NCBI RefSeq assembly: GCF_002087085.1
Contig: NZ_MWQY01000004.1
Location: 124,001-188,000, forward strand
DNA length: 64,000 nucleotides
Direction: 5' to 3'
The notes below the pieces were generated by a model, which made no database searches, was not told the origin of the DNA, and saw only the letters and a list, made by a program, of their open reading frames with translations. Below are positions 38,247 to 47,328 of this stretch, in pieces; the first letter of the stretch is position 1, and the number at the start of each line of letters is the position of its first letter. Made by a program: the position numbers and the translations under genes.

Positions 38247-39410
38247 ATGAGATATATCGAACGCCAGGTTCCAGAAGAAAATGCGGAGGGAAGCTACTTT
38301 TTATTCGGTCCCCGGGGTACCGGGAAATCCCTCTGGCTGAAGCACCGTTACCCGCAGGCTGTATTTATAGATCTACTCATGCCTGATACCCGCAGACAAC
38401 TCGAGGCCCGACCCGAAAGGCTTCGCGAGATTGTAGAGGCTGCGGGAAAAAACAGAATATTTATAATCGATGAGGTCCAGAAGGTTCCGGAGATCCTCAG
38501 TCTGGTACATCTTTTACTGGAGGAAAACAAACAGCGGCAATTCATTCTCACAGGATCGAGCTCAAGAAAACTAAAACGCGAAGGGGTTGATCTGCTTGCC
38601 GGACGGGCAACCCTAAGGAGTTTTCATCCCTTTTTACTGAGCGAACTGGGGGCTGAATATGATGCGGAAAAGGCACTGCAAACAGGTCTTATTCCTCTTG
38701 TCGTCGACAGCCCCCATCCCGGAGAGGTACTGCGCAGTTATATCGACCTCTATTTAAAGGAGGAGATACAGCAGGAAGGGCTGGTCAGAAATCTCGGGGC
38801 CTTTGCCCGGGTACTGGAGACCTTGAGTTTCTCCCATGCATCGGTACTGAACCAGTCGGAAGTAGCCCGGGAAGCAGAAGTTGAACGAAAAACAGTATCC
38901 GGGTATATCGAGATAGTAGAGCAGATGATGCTCTCCTGCAGGCTGCCTGTTTTTTCCAAAAGAGCCAAGCGTCAGCTGATCAAACATGAGAAGTTCTATT
39001 TCTTTGACGCCGGCGTATTTCGTGAATTGCGGCCCAAGGGGCCCCTGGATCGGACTGCCGAAATAGACGGACTGGCGCTGGAAGGATTGGTAATGCAGCA
39101 TCTGTATGCCTGGGCGGATTACTCCCGTCGGGACTGCCGAATCTACTACTGGCGGACCAAATCGGGAACTGAGGTGGATTTTGTCCTTTACGGTCAGGAT
39201 ACCTTTGCAGCGATGGAAGTAAAGAATTCCCGACAGGTGCACAGTAAGGATCTTAAAAGCTTGAAGGCATTTACAGAGGATTATCCGGAAGCTCAGCCTC
39301 TTCTGCTGTACCGAGGAAAGGAAAACCTGAAAATTGACGGCATCGTGTGTATCCCCTGGAACAGTTTTCTGGAGAACCTCAGGGTCGGAAGTCCCCTGTT
39401 TCAGGTGTAG
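38247..39410 (+). CDS. AAA_14 ATPase with DUF4143 C-terminal domain
   Basis: GPRGTGKS, IDEVQK, LTGSS, KFYFFDAG, EVDFV...EVK. Confidence 0.9.
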   Translation: MRYIERQVPEENAEGSYFLFGPRGTGKSLWLKHRYPQAVFIDLLMPDTRRQLEARPERLREIVEAAGKNRIFIIDEVQKVPEILSLVHLLLEENKQRQFILTGSSSRKLKREGVDLLAGRATLRSFHPFLLSELGAEYDAEKALQTGLIPLVVDSPHPGEVLRSYIDLYLKEEIQQEGLVRNLGAFARVLETLSFSHASVLNQSEVAREAEVERKTVSGYIEIVEQMMLSCRLPVFSKRAKRQLIKHEKFYFFDAGVFRELRPKGPLDRTAEIDGLALEGLVMQHLYAWADYSRRDCRIYYWRTKSGTEVDFVLYGQDTFAAMEVKNSRQVHSKDLKSLKAFTEDYPEAQPLLLYRGKENLKIDGIVCIPWNSFLENLRVGSPLFQV

Positions 39411-39425
39411 AAGTGTACAGGTATT

Positions 39426-39881
39426 TTAAACCACGCTGTTTTCCAAAAGCAGAACGGAGTTATCAAAGTCTGTGTTCTGTACGGATGCAGCCAGGGCCCG
39501 ATCAAAGGTAACCAAAGTCCCTCTCCTGTTTTTTGCCAGGAGTATGAGGTGGGCATCGCTAACCTGCCTGTGCCCCTGCAGCATGGAGGCAGGCAGCTTA
39601 GAAAAGGCCGAAACCGGCACATCGTCGGACCAGAACCGGTGAGACGGATGAGCTGAATATCTTTCCAGTATATTCAGAGCCTCCTCCGGGGATACCGCTT
39701 CGTCGATAATACGCGGATTGGAAGATATTCTGACGAAAGCCAGCTGTGTCAGAGGAGATGTCGCCCAGAATTCACCATTCTGAACGATAGTTTCAGCAAA
39801 CCAGGAATGGGCAACACCGTGGTGGAGATGGTTTGGCCATGCCAGGGCAATCAACACATTTACATCGGGCAGGAAGATCAC
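39426..39881 (-). CDS. vapC: VapC PIN-domain toxin
   Basis: PDVNVLIAL, DAHL, TFDR; overlaps the antitoxin stop. Confidence 0.9.
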   Translation of the reverse strand: MIFLPDVNVLIALAWPNHLHHGVAHSWFAETIVQNGEFWATSPLTQLAFVRISSNPRIIDEAVSPEEALNILERYSAHPSHRFWSDDVPVSAFSKLPASMLQGHRQVSDAHLILLAKNRRGTLVTFDRALAASVQNTDFDNSVLLLENSVV

Positions 39882-40102
39882 ACCTCATCCTCGAAAGAAG
39901 CCACATCCTCGGGGGTTATTCGCCGGGAATCCTCAGCCACCGAGAAAACCGGCAGACCGTTTTTCAGGGAGTATTCCACCTTTGAACCCAGTCCTCGCCG
40001 CATTAAAACGGAGACCGCCTGCCCCAGGGAAATCCCCTGCTCCCTGGCAATACTGCGGGCGACCTTTACAAGGTCATCGTCTATATTTATGGTGGTTCTC
40101 AT
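39878..40102 (-). CDS. vapB: VapB-type ribbon-helix-helix antitoxin
   Basis: MRTTINIDDDL...SLGQAVS..NGLPVF, immediately upstream of vapC. Confidence 0.85.
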   Translation of the reverse strand: MRTTINIDDDLVKVARSIAREQGISLGQAVSVLMRRGLGSKVEYSLKNGLPVFSVAEDSRRITPEDVASFEDEV

Positions 40103-40236
40103 ACATAAAAAAATAAGAGCTTGATGCTCTGATGTCAAGATGCCGACACATCATTAATGTTGGATTCATATACACGGAGGAAGCGCTTCTCTTCCTGAGA
40201 CACGGCAAAAATACAAGGTTTTCAAAGGCGCTATTA

Positions 40237-40265
40237 TTGACAAAAACCCGTGTTTCCCATAGAAT
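40237..40265 (+). promoter_or_regulatory. Sigma70 promoter of tRNA-Leu
   Basis: TTGACA-N17-TAGAAT, 14 bp upstream of the tRNA. Confidence 0.75.
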
Positions 40266-40279
40266 CCGCCTTACTGAAT

Positions 40280-40363
40280 GCCCAGATGGCGGAATTGGTA
40301 GACGCGCTAGATTCAGGTTCTAGTCCGGGTTACCGGGTGGAGGTTCAAGTCCTCTTCTGGGCA
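40280..40363 (+). tRNA. tRNA-Leu(CAG)
   Basis: Acceptor GCCCAGA/TCTGGGC-A; D-loop GGAATTGGTAGAC; anticodon arm CTAGA-TTCAGGT-TCTAG; long variable arm; T-loop TTCAAGT; CCA not encoded. Confidence 0.96.
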
Positions 40364-40730
40364 AAAAAGACCGATGACCTTTAGGTTGTCGGTCTTTTTT
40401 TGTGCACAGAGAGGGGACTTGAACCTCCGAGTGAGCGCGGCGCGATGAGCGCCGGAAGTCCGGCAGGGATGCCGGACGCCAGCGAACGAAGGCGGGGTGT
40501 AAGGAGCCGGTACGATACCGGCGACTGAAACCTTCAAGTCCTCTTCTGGGCAAAAAAGACCGATGAACTTTAGGTTGTCGGTCTTTTTTTGTGCATAGAG
40601 AGGGGACTTGAACCTCCGAGTGAGCGCGGCGCGAGTAGCGCCGGAAGCGAGGCACGATGCCGGACGCCAGCGAACGAGGGCGGGGTGCAAGGAGGAATCA
40701 GGATGATTCCGACTGAAACCTTCAAGTCCT
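40344..40730. repeat. Tandem repeat of ~189-bp tRNA-3'-end-derived units (two full copies plus a 10-bp stub)
   Basis: TTCAAGTCCT at 40344, 40533 and 40721; units nearly identical apart from internal hairpins. Confidence 0.92.
40363..40401 (+). terminator. Bidirectional-type intrinsic terminator after the tRNA (duplicated at ~40552-40590)
   Basis: AAAAAAGACCGA...TCGGTCTTTTTTT. Confidence 0.8.
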
Positions 40731-40747
40731 ATTTTCAGACAACACCA

Positions 40748-42340
40748 TTATATTCTGACCACGTCTTGCTTCATATCGGATCTCCAGATCGTAGCCCGAT
40801 TCTTACCGCCTGACTTGGAGGCATACATGGCCTTATCAGCCCTGTCGAGTATATCCTCCAGGGTGGTCTCGTCGCTGCCGTCATACACGATTATTCCTAT
40901 GCTCAGAGTCACCGACATCTCCGCACCGCTATTGATCCGCGGCGGTATGGCCGATACGTATCTCCTTGCCAGCTCAAGGGCGTGGGTCTCATCGGTTTGA
41001 AAGGGCATGACAACAAATTCGTCTCCTCCGTAGCGGGCAACGACGTCTCCGCCGCGAGACAGTTCAACAAGAGTACCGGCGGTTTTCCTGAGCACGTCAT
41101 CTCCAGCTAAATGACCCATATTGTCGTTCACAGCTTTGAAATTGTCCAGATCGATCAGGATCATGGAGAAGGGAGAACCGTTTCTCTGAGAACGGACGAA
41201 TTCCCTCCTCGCCTGCTCGAAGAAGCTCCAGCGGTTTAACAGTCCCGTCAGAGCATCGGTGCCGGCAATCTCTTTGAGCTGCTCATAGGCATCAGACAGC
41301 TTCTTCTCGGTATCCTTTTGCGCGGTTATGTCGTGAAAATGCAGGATTAGCCCTTCGCCCATGTTGCCGGGAGAAACCAGAGGAGCAGAGCTGATCTCAT
41401 ATAAACGGCCGTTCAGCCGCATCTCGACAGATCCTGTGCGGTCTTTCGTGATCAGCTCACCTGCCCTTTCCGTCAGGCCTTCGAGGGATTTGCCGATGGC
41501 TTTCAGATGGGTGACGGAAAAGATCCTCTCCGCTTCCGGATTGAGGTCCAGTATCTTCTTTGAGCTGTCCAGGACCAGAACACCGCTCTTCATATTTTGG
41601 AAGACCGAATGATAGGCCACGGGAACCACATCGAAAAAGCGGTACCTTAAGATGCCCAGACCTATGAGCAGCGCGCTCAGCGCAAAGAAAAGAGATGATG
41701 GATCATAGGGTGTTATCAAATTAATTCCCATCAGGTAGAGGAGGTTCGGAACCGTGGGGAGAATGGCTGCCGTCAGAAGCAGAGAAATCCGGTACTTGTA
41801 ATGCTTGGGAAAGCGTACCATGGCCCGGATCAGAAGAATACTGCTGGAGACAATGACTGCATAGGCGTAAATAGCCCAGATCCAGAAAAGGGGACCGTAT
41901 CGGCGAGCCAAAACCCACAGTCCATTTACCTGTACAAGCTCCAACGATGTATAGAACCAGGGGTGCCAGGAAAAGGTCATCACTCCCAAAAACGAGACTG
42001 ATGGAATCACGAGTAAAAAGACCTTGAGCTTCCTCCCGATTAAATGTCCGCAATTACCGTAGACCAGGACGAAGTAGGACCAGGACATCGTCGTTCCCAT
42101 GACCCCCAAATAGGATAATCTCAATAGAATCTGCTTCGCTGTGATATCTGCAAAGAATTTCAGCAGTCCGTCGCATCCTGCCCACAAGGCGACAAAAAGC
42201 AGGGTTATTTTCCATATCCGACTGCCGTGAAAGGGAGGGAATTTGTTTGTGATGACAGCCAATGCGAGAGACAGAAGACTTGCAGAGAAATAAACTATTT
42301 GGAGATAATGGAACTGAAAAACCATGGTTAATTTTAGCAT
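40748..42340 (-). CDS. Diguanylate cyclase with 7TM (HisKA_7TM-like) and PAS domains
   Basis: 7 TM segments, PAS-like GVLVLD...LNPEAERIF, DALTGL, RGGD I-site, RYGGDEF. Confidence 0.92.
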   Translation of the reverse strand: MLKLTMVFQFHYLQIVYFSASLLSLALAVITNKFPPFHGSRIWKITLLFVALWAGCDGLLKFFADITAKQILLRLSYLGVMGTTMSWSYFVLVYGNCGHLIGRKLKVFLLVIPSVSFLGVMTFSWHPWFYTSLELVQVNGLWVLARRYGPLFWIWAIYAYAVIVSSSILLIRAMVRFPKHYKYRISLLLTAAILPTVPNLLYLMGINLITPYDPSSLFFALSALLIGLGILRYRFFDVVPVAYHSVFQNMKSGVLVLDSSKKILDLNPEAERIFSVTHLKAIGKSLEGLTERAGELITKDRTGSVEMRLNGRLYEISSAPLVSPGNMGEGLILHFHDITAQKDTEKKLSDAYEQLKEIAGTDALTGLLNRWSFFEQARREFVRSQRNGSPFSMILIDLDNFKAVNDNMGHLAGDDVLRKTAGTLVELSRGGDVVARYGGDEFVVMPFQTDETHALELARRYVSAIPPRINSGAEMSVTLSIGIIVYDGSDETTLEDILDRADKAMYASKSGGKNRATIWRSDMKQDVVRI

Positions 42341-42418
42341 GGAAATCTGATATTTGAAAGTTGACTTATTATCGCCAGAATCGACGTCTTAACCAGAAAA
42401 GTCCGGAAGGTTAATTAT

Positions 42419-43120
42419 CTATACACTGCTGCTAATTGTACTTCTGAGCCCATCCAGCTCTATTTTTCTGGTATAATGCAAATGTTTTTTCAGTCTCTCA
42501 AGGGCCAGCGTCGTGTCACCGTCCTGTATTGCTTCGGCAATCGACTGGTGCTCAAGAGCCAGTTGCTCTATGGTAGCCGGATCCCAGTATTTTTTACGGT
42601 AATCATCCTGATGAAAAAGCTGGTTTATAATCTGGCTAAAGGAGTCAAGCAGCTTGTTTCCGCTCGAATTGAGCATAGTAGCATGGAATTCCATATCCGC
42701 TTCATCCGCAACTCTTGGATCATTTTTATTATCAAGCATTTTTTGTACGCAGGATTCAAGCGCAACAATTCCTGACGGAGTTATCCTTTTTACCACAAGC
42801 GGTATAACTGCCAGCTCTATCACAATTCGCGCTTCGATAGATTCATACAAATTGAAGTTGGATACCTGATAATTGAACTTTATAGTGTTGGTTATGGCAT
42901 CTGTGTCCAACTTATTGATAAATGTTCCCCTGCGGGGTGTTTTGGTAATAATACCCTGCTGAGATAGACCGTTGAGCACGTTTCTCACTCTGTACCTTGT
43001 TACCTGGAAATGTTCCGCAAGCTTTTCTTCGGTTTCCACCTTGCTTCCGGGACCATTTGCATGCTCCAGGATGTATGTCTTGATTTTCTCTTCCAGGTTC
43101 TGAATATCAGTCTTAGCCAT
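42419..43120 (-). CDS. GntR/FadR-family regulator
   Basis: TEEKLAEHFQVTR...RRGTF wHTH; FCD domain ADMEFH, EHQSI. Confidence 0.9.
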   Translation of the reverse strand: MAKTDIQNLEEKIKTYILEHANGPGSKVETEEKLAEHFQVTRYRVRNVLNGLSQQGIITKTPRRGTFINKLDTDAITNTIKFNYQVSNFNLYESIEARIVIELAVIPLVVKRITPSGIVALESCVQKMLDNKNDPRVADEADMEFHATMLNSSGNKLLDSFSQIINQLFHQDDYRKKYWDPATIEQLALEHQSIAEAIQDGDTTLALERLKKHLHYTRKIELDGLRSTISSSV

Positions 43121-43131
43121 ACGATTCCGCT

Positions 43132-44649
43132 TCAAATGTCATGGGGATGCAATCCATCATCCCCTCCAGCATACAATAAAAGCAGTTGTTTTGCATACTT
43201 ACTGTAGGCTGTAAACGTCTTTTCGTAGTTTTCCCCGTTTTCGGCCTCGGGTACGTAAGTTGTTCCGTCAAAAACGCCCGATTTTTTCCCACGCCCCAGA
43301 GTATGCAGACCATACAAAGCAGCACCATAGGATGAATCGATATCTTTCATTGCCAGGAGTTTCCTGTCCATAAGCGTACTGAGAATCTGCATGAGCACTT
43401 TGTCAGAACCTCCACCACCCACTACACCAATCGTTGCAGGCAACTTATCGCCATCGCCGAGAGCAAGCAGCGCATCGTATAACGAACAGGCGACCCCTTC
43501 TAAAACAGCCCTTGCAAAATGTGCCTTTCCGTGACGGAACGACACACCCGAGAATGTTCCCCTCAAGTCCGAATTCCAGTAGGGAGTCCGCTCACCGGAC
43601 AGGTAGGGATGAAATATAAGTCCCTCACATCCAGGAGGAGCCTGATCCGCCAGGTTATCGAAAGCGACATATCCCTCCGGAGTTCGGGGGAATCCCTCCG
43701 TTTCCACTGCCCATGTTATGGAGGAACCAGCAGAATTCGTCCCCGCCTGAGAGTACCAGAGATCGTCAATAAGATATGGATAAGTCAGCAGCCCGCCGAC
43801 CGGATTCGGTGTTTGCTTGATAACATGAATTCCCCCGGCAGTTCCTATCCGTATAACATAGTCCCCTGGTTTACGAGCACCTGCTCCATAGGTTTCCATG
43901 GCACTGTCCAGAGCTCCACATAAAACAGGGATTCCGGAAGGCAACCCGAGCAGTCGTGCTCCATTCTTGTTTAATGTTCCAGAAATTTCACCCGCCGGGA
44001 GAATCTCCGGCAGCAGTGAAATATCCAGTGATGCCATCGCTGCAAGTTCTTCAGACCAGGTTCCAGTTCCTGCATTGCAGAGCATGGAAGAAACTGCTGT
44101 AGAGAAATCACTAGTCCAATTTCCCGTAAGATGATATACAAGAAAATCCTTTGAAAAACTAACATGGCGTATTCTCCCCCATATTTCCGGGTGATGCCTC
44201 TTTATCCACAGAAAATGGGGTAATGTCCACGTAGTTGAAACCTGGTTATTTGTCTGAGTAAAAATCAGGTTTCCCTTCAGCCGATTGAGTTCCTCAACCT
44301 CCCGTGCAGACCGTTGGTCGCTCCAGATAATAGCGCGCCGAAGGCTTTTTCCAACATTGTCAGCAAGCACTCCAATGTGTGCAGCGCTGGTTGGAACAAT
44401 AGCGGCAATAGCATGTGGATCTATATCACAGAAACTCAGCATTCTTCCTGACGCTTCAGATACAGCAACAAGCCAATCTTCAGGATTTTGTTCGGCCCAT
44501 CCTGGTTTTTCTGAATAGGTGTCGTATCCGGCAGAGGCTGTAGCTGCAACTGAACCTGAAGCATCGACAACAGATAATTTACAGGAGCTCGTGCCCAAAT
44601 CAATGCTTAGAACGTACTCAGTACTTTTCATAACCGTCTCATTCTTCAA
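43132..44649 (-). CDS. FGGY carbohydrate kinase (xylulokinase-like)
   Basis: IDLGTSSCK, EQNPEDW, IWSDQRS, PYLSGERTP, RAVLEGVA. Confidence 0.92.
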   Translation of the reverse strand: MKNETVMKSTEYVLSIDLGTSSCKLSVVDASGSVAATASAGYDTYSEKPGWAEQNPEDWLVAVSEASGRMLSFCDIDPHAIAAIVPTSAAHIGVLADNVGKSLRRAIIWSDQRSAREVEELNRLKGNLIFTQTNNQVSTTWTLPHFLWIKRHHPEIWGRIRHVSFSKDFLVYHLTGNWTSDFSTAVSSMLCNAGTGTWSEELAAMASLDISLLPEILPAGEISGTLNKNGARLLGLPSGIPVLCGALDSAMETYGAGARKPGDYVIRIGTAGGIHVIKQTPNPVGGLLTYPYLIDDLWYSQAGTNSAGSSITWAVETEGFPRTPEGYVAFDNLADQAPPGCEGLIFHPYLSGERTPYWNSDLRGTFSGVSFRHGKAHFARAVLEGVACSLYDALLALGDGDKLPATIGVVGGGGSDKVLMQILSTLMDRKLLAMKDIDSSYGAALYGLHTLGRGKKSGVFDGTTYVPEAENGENYEKTFTAYSKYAKQLLLLYAGGDDGLHPHDI

Positions 44650-45388
44650 TGAATTCCCGCTGGTACTCTTTGAGTGCGTTGTTCATCAGGCCCATATCAT
44701 GAGACAGAAGGAAGAAATCCATCCCCGCAGCTCTCCACTTTTTCATATCCTGAGGGGAACCTACACTAAGTCCTATTGCAACATTATTTTTTTTTGCAAT
44801 TGCACTTACTCTGCTTACCACAGAATCAAACTCTGATTCAGTATTCGACATCATCATTGAATACCTCAGATCCCCACCGCCAACAAGACAACCGGTTATT
44901 CCCGGAACAGAGAGAATTTCCTCGGCCTTTTCTGCGGACGATACTGTTTCAATCATTAATATCACATTTATATTTTCGTTTATCATTTCATAGTAATCGT
45001 CTCCATAGAACACAGCCGCGGGGCTACTCTTGGAACGTTTACCTAACGGAGCATAATATGCTGACTCAACTGCCCGGATAGCTTCTTGCCGGCTTTCGAT
45101 CATTGGCACAATAATTCCAGTTGCTCCAGCATCCAGCAGGTTATTAATGGACCCAGGGCTGTTTTCAGCAACCCTGCCGAAGGGTGCAGGACCGTTTGAG
45201 CGGGCGAGACTGCGGATCGCACCTGTTGCACTCTCCTTATCAAAATGGCTGTGCTGCAGATCGACCATTGCAAAGTCAAAGCGTGATCGTCCAACCATTT
45301 CTGCTATCCGAACGCTTCCAAGACATACGCCAAAACCAATGACAGGTTTCTCCCCCGCCAACTTCAATCCTCGAACTGTTTCATTCAT
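44639..45388 (-). CDS. HpcH/HpaI class II aldolase family
   Basis: VDLQHS, LDAGATGIIVPMI, LMIET. Confidence 0.88.
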   Translation of the reverse strand: MNETVRGLKLAGEKPVIGFGVCLGSVRIAEMVGRSRFDFAMVDLQHSHFDKESATGAIRSLARSNGPAPFGRVAENSPGSINNLLDAGATGIIVPMIESRQEAIRAVESAYYAPLGKRSKSSPAAVFYGDDYYEMINENINVILMIETVSSAEKAEEILSVPGITGCLVGGGDLRYSMMMSNTESEFDSVVSRVSAIAKKNNVAIGLSVGSPQDMKKWRAAGMDFFLLSHDMGLMNNALKEYQREFIEE

Positions 45389-45418
45389 AGTGGGTACGAA
45401 TCTCCTTTCCCTGTTATC

Positions 45419-46711
45419 TCATCCGAAAAGTGCATTTGGGATTGCGAGCACGCTTTGCGGTATAGCAATTATCAATGCAAGAGCAATAAACAACACAACT
45501 ATCATCGGCCACAGCTCCCTGAGAGTAGATTCATAGTTGAGCTTTTTAATCCCGCAAACAGTCATAAGCACGACTCCGACTGGCGGGGTAGTATTACCGA
45601 TCATTGCATTTATTACAATAATCACACCAAAGTGAATCGGGTCCATTCCTGACGCAACAACAAGAGGAAGAACCATAGGAACAAACAACATGATATTTAC
45701 CGTTGGATCAGAAAGGGCACCCAGCAAAATGAATAACAAATTTATACTGAGTATGATCAAAAATTTATTATCCCCTGCAAAAGTTGTCATAAAATGAAAA
45801 ATATAATCCTGAAGATTTTCAGCAGTCATTACAAAACTGAAGACCTTCGCCGCTGGAAGAACCAGCAGGATCGAACCGCAGGTAATTACAACGCTTTTCA
45901 AACTTTGAATAAATTCGTCAAACTGCATGGTCCTGTACAGAAAAACTCCCAAAATCAGTGAATATACCACAGCTATTGCTGAGGCCTCTGTCGTTGTAAC
46001 AATCCCGAGGTAAATCCCGCCAAGCAGTATCACCGGTGTAAACAATGGAAGAATACCCTGGATGAATGCAACCAACAGATCCTGCAGATATTTCCTGACA
46101 TTTTCAATTTTACGTTTCGGGTAATGTCGTCTGAACGAAACCAAGAAAACATAGAGCATCAGTACAAGCCCGATGATAACGCCGGGGATTAATCCACCGA
46201 AAAACAGACGCCCTACAGATACATTGGCAACCATTGCATAAACAACCATAGGAATACTGGGAGGAATTATTGGCCCTACTGTTGATGATGCAATTGTAAT
46301 CGCCGCGCTGAATTCTTTATCGAAGCCTTCCTCCACCATGGCCTCATAGTTCAGGTTGCCTATTCCACCAACATCCGCTACTGCTGATCCGGACATGCCT
46401 GCGAACAGGATACTGGTTGCAATATTTACATGCCCCAAACCTCCCGGAATATATCCGACAAGCGCCTTACAGAAATTAAATATCCTGTCCGCAACTGAGG
46501 TTCTATTCATGATCTCAGCGGTTAGAATAAACATCGGTATAGCAATCAACACGAAATTATCAAGTCCGGAGAACATCTGCATTGCCATAAAGCCAAGATC
46601 CATCCCTTTCAATCCGATATAAACGAAAGAAGAAGTTATCATCGCAATACTGATAGGCATGCCAAAAAGAAAAAGGATAAAAAAGGTAAAAATAAACACA
46701 ATAAGCAGCAT
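45419..46711 (-). CDS. dctM: TRAP transporter large permease
   Basis: AIPMFIL, GMSGSAVAD, IIPPSIP, TPPVG. Confidence 0.95.
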   Translation of the reverse strand: MLLIVFIFTFFILFLFGMPISIAMITSSFVYIGLKGMDLGFMAMQMFSGLDNFVLIAIPMFILTAEIMNRTSVADRIFNFCKALVGYIPGGLGHVNIATSILFAGMSGSAVADVGGIGNLNYEAMVEEGFDKEFSAAITIASSTVGPIIPPSIPMVVYAMVANVSVGRLFFGGLIPGVIIGLVLMLYVFLVSFRRHYPKRKIENVRKYLQDLLVAFIQGILPLFTPVILLGGIYLGIVTTTEASAIAVVYSLILGVFLYRTMQFDEFIQSLKSVVITCGSILLVLPAAKVFSFVMTAENLQDYIFHFMTTFAGDNKFLIILSINLLFILLGALSDPTVNIMLFVPMVLPLVVASGMDPIHFGVIIVINAMIGNTTPPVGVVLMTVCGIKKLNYESTLRELWPMIVVLFIALALIIAIPQSVLAIPNALFG

Positions 46712-46722
46712 ATCTTTCTCCG

Positions 46723-47256
46723 TTAGCTTTTAAGCATTTGTTTTGAAGTTTTCCGGCTGCTCATATCTTCATGAATGCGATTAAAGTCCAGGAAAATATT
46801 GCTTATTACATGAAGAGCCATAAGGGAAAAAGCTATTGGAATGATCAGATAGACATACTTGAGCGGAACCCTGAGCATGTTTGATCTTCTGAGATTCTTT
46901 AAGATGCCAAAGGACGGTGCAATATACCATAGAAAAACAAGCAGCATTATTACATTCATTATCAGATGAACTATATTCCTGACTCGTTTGGGCAAACGTT
47001 GTTCAATCGCTGTCACACGGACATGGTTATCTTCTCCCATTACATAAGCGGAAGCGAGGAAGCTCATCCAGATAAAAAGGTAATTACTGAGTTCATCAGA
47101 CCATGCAAATGGTTTGAACAGAACATAGCGAAAAATAATATTCAGTACGATCACCGTCAGCATGACTGCAAGGCAGAACATGCCGGCAAAAAGTTCTATT
47201 TTCTGCAACAGGCGTGAAATCTTCAACGACAGCTGCAAAATGCTCTTTTGCGTCAT
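46723..47256 (-). CDS. dctQ: TRAP transporter small permease
   Basis: 4 TM segments, WSDELS..IW, HVRV. Confidence 0.93.
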   Translation of the reverse strand: MTQKSILQLSLKISRLLQKIELFAGMFCLAVMLTVIVLNIIFRYVLFKPFAWSDELSNYLFIWMSFLASAYVMGEDNHVRVTAIEQRLPKRVRNIVHLIMNVIMLLVFLWYIAPSFGILKNLRRSNMLRVPLKYVYLIIPIAFSLMALHVISNIFLDFNRIHEDMSSRKTSKQMLKS

Positions 47257-47328
47257 TTTTTCTCCAGTTCTTTGATATATGGTTCCTCCCGCCCTTCATG
47301 GACGGGAAGAACATCAATAAATCAGGCC

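Noticed and set aside
40313..40690. ORFs with internally repeated peptides over the tRNA repeat
   Set aside because: They are a by-product of the 189-bp (multiple of 3) DNA repeat overlapping the tRNA, with no RBS or protein features.
40344..40730. CRISPR array or integrative-element att sites
   Set aside because: The units are ~189 bp and nearly identical with no unique spacers, and the window has no cas or integrase gene. Kept only as a tRNA-derived repeat.
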